7,096 nucleotides of DNA from Octopus sinensis (taxonomy: Eukaryota). The position numbers and the translations under genes were made by a program. Below are positions 6,856 through 7,096 of this stretch, piece after piece. The notes under the pieces were generated by a model, which saw only the letters and a program-made list of their open reading frames with translations, was not told the DNA's origin and ran no database searches. Within the stretch, counting starts at the first letter, position 1. Every line of letters starts with the position of its first letter. The DNA lies in NCBI RefSeq assembly GCF_006345805.1, contig NW_021829004.1:1-7096 (forward strand), given 5' to 3'.

Positions 6856-7096
6856 GGTGTTGAAAAAGTTAAAAGATAACAAAAACAGCAGAGAAAAAAA
6901 AACTTCAGCGAAAAACATAAAGAATGTATGAAATCTGAAACTTAAAAAAAGAAGAGAAAATGTGTAGGTTAGGGTAAGTGAAAATACGTTACCTCTACTT
7001 GGCCAGTTTTGCGGACTTATGAAACTAGTAATGCCACCAACTAGTGCAGTCGCTAATACACGAGCTAGTCACAACAAATCGACTACCTTCCCATGT

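Noticed and set aside
6969-6974. Telomeric TTAGGG
   Set aside because: Single copy, not an array.
6935-6992. Minus-strand mini-intron (GAG|GTAACG ... CCCTAAC ... TTTCAG)
   Set aside because: Only 52-58 nt, and no ATG-initiated flanking frame supports it.

Overview
AT-rich eukaryotic non-coding DNA, most likely from an octopus (coleoid cephalopod). That assignment rests on my recollection of the SINE sequences and on the compound (TA)n/(CA)n tracts, not on a database search. Positions 1-1500 hold three same-orientation (minus-strand) SINE pieces separated by microsatellites: the 3' tail of one family (502-614), a near full-length copy of a second tRNA-derived family (681-1080), and an older, 5'-truncated, internally deleted copy of that second family (1189-1500). 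Positions 1520-4893 are a ~3.4 kb compound (TA)n then (TG)n low-complexity array with higher-order duplications and local fold-back inversions. Positions 4894-7096 are unique AT-rich sequence with a locally CpG-rich patch, possible transcription-factor motifs and two competing weak exon models. Every ORF in the supplied track is explained by microsatellite or SINE sequence. I find no confident protein-coding gene, RNA gene or CRISPR array, and I cannot support a novel biological system. The best leads are the SINE architecture and decay, the internal structure of the TA array, and a possible gene 5' end or small exons at 4996-5450.
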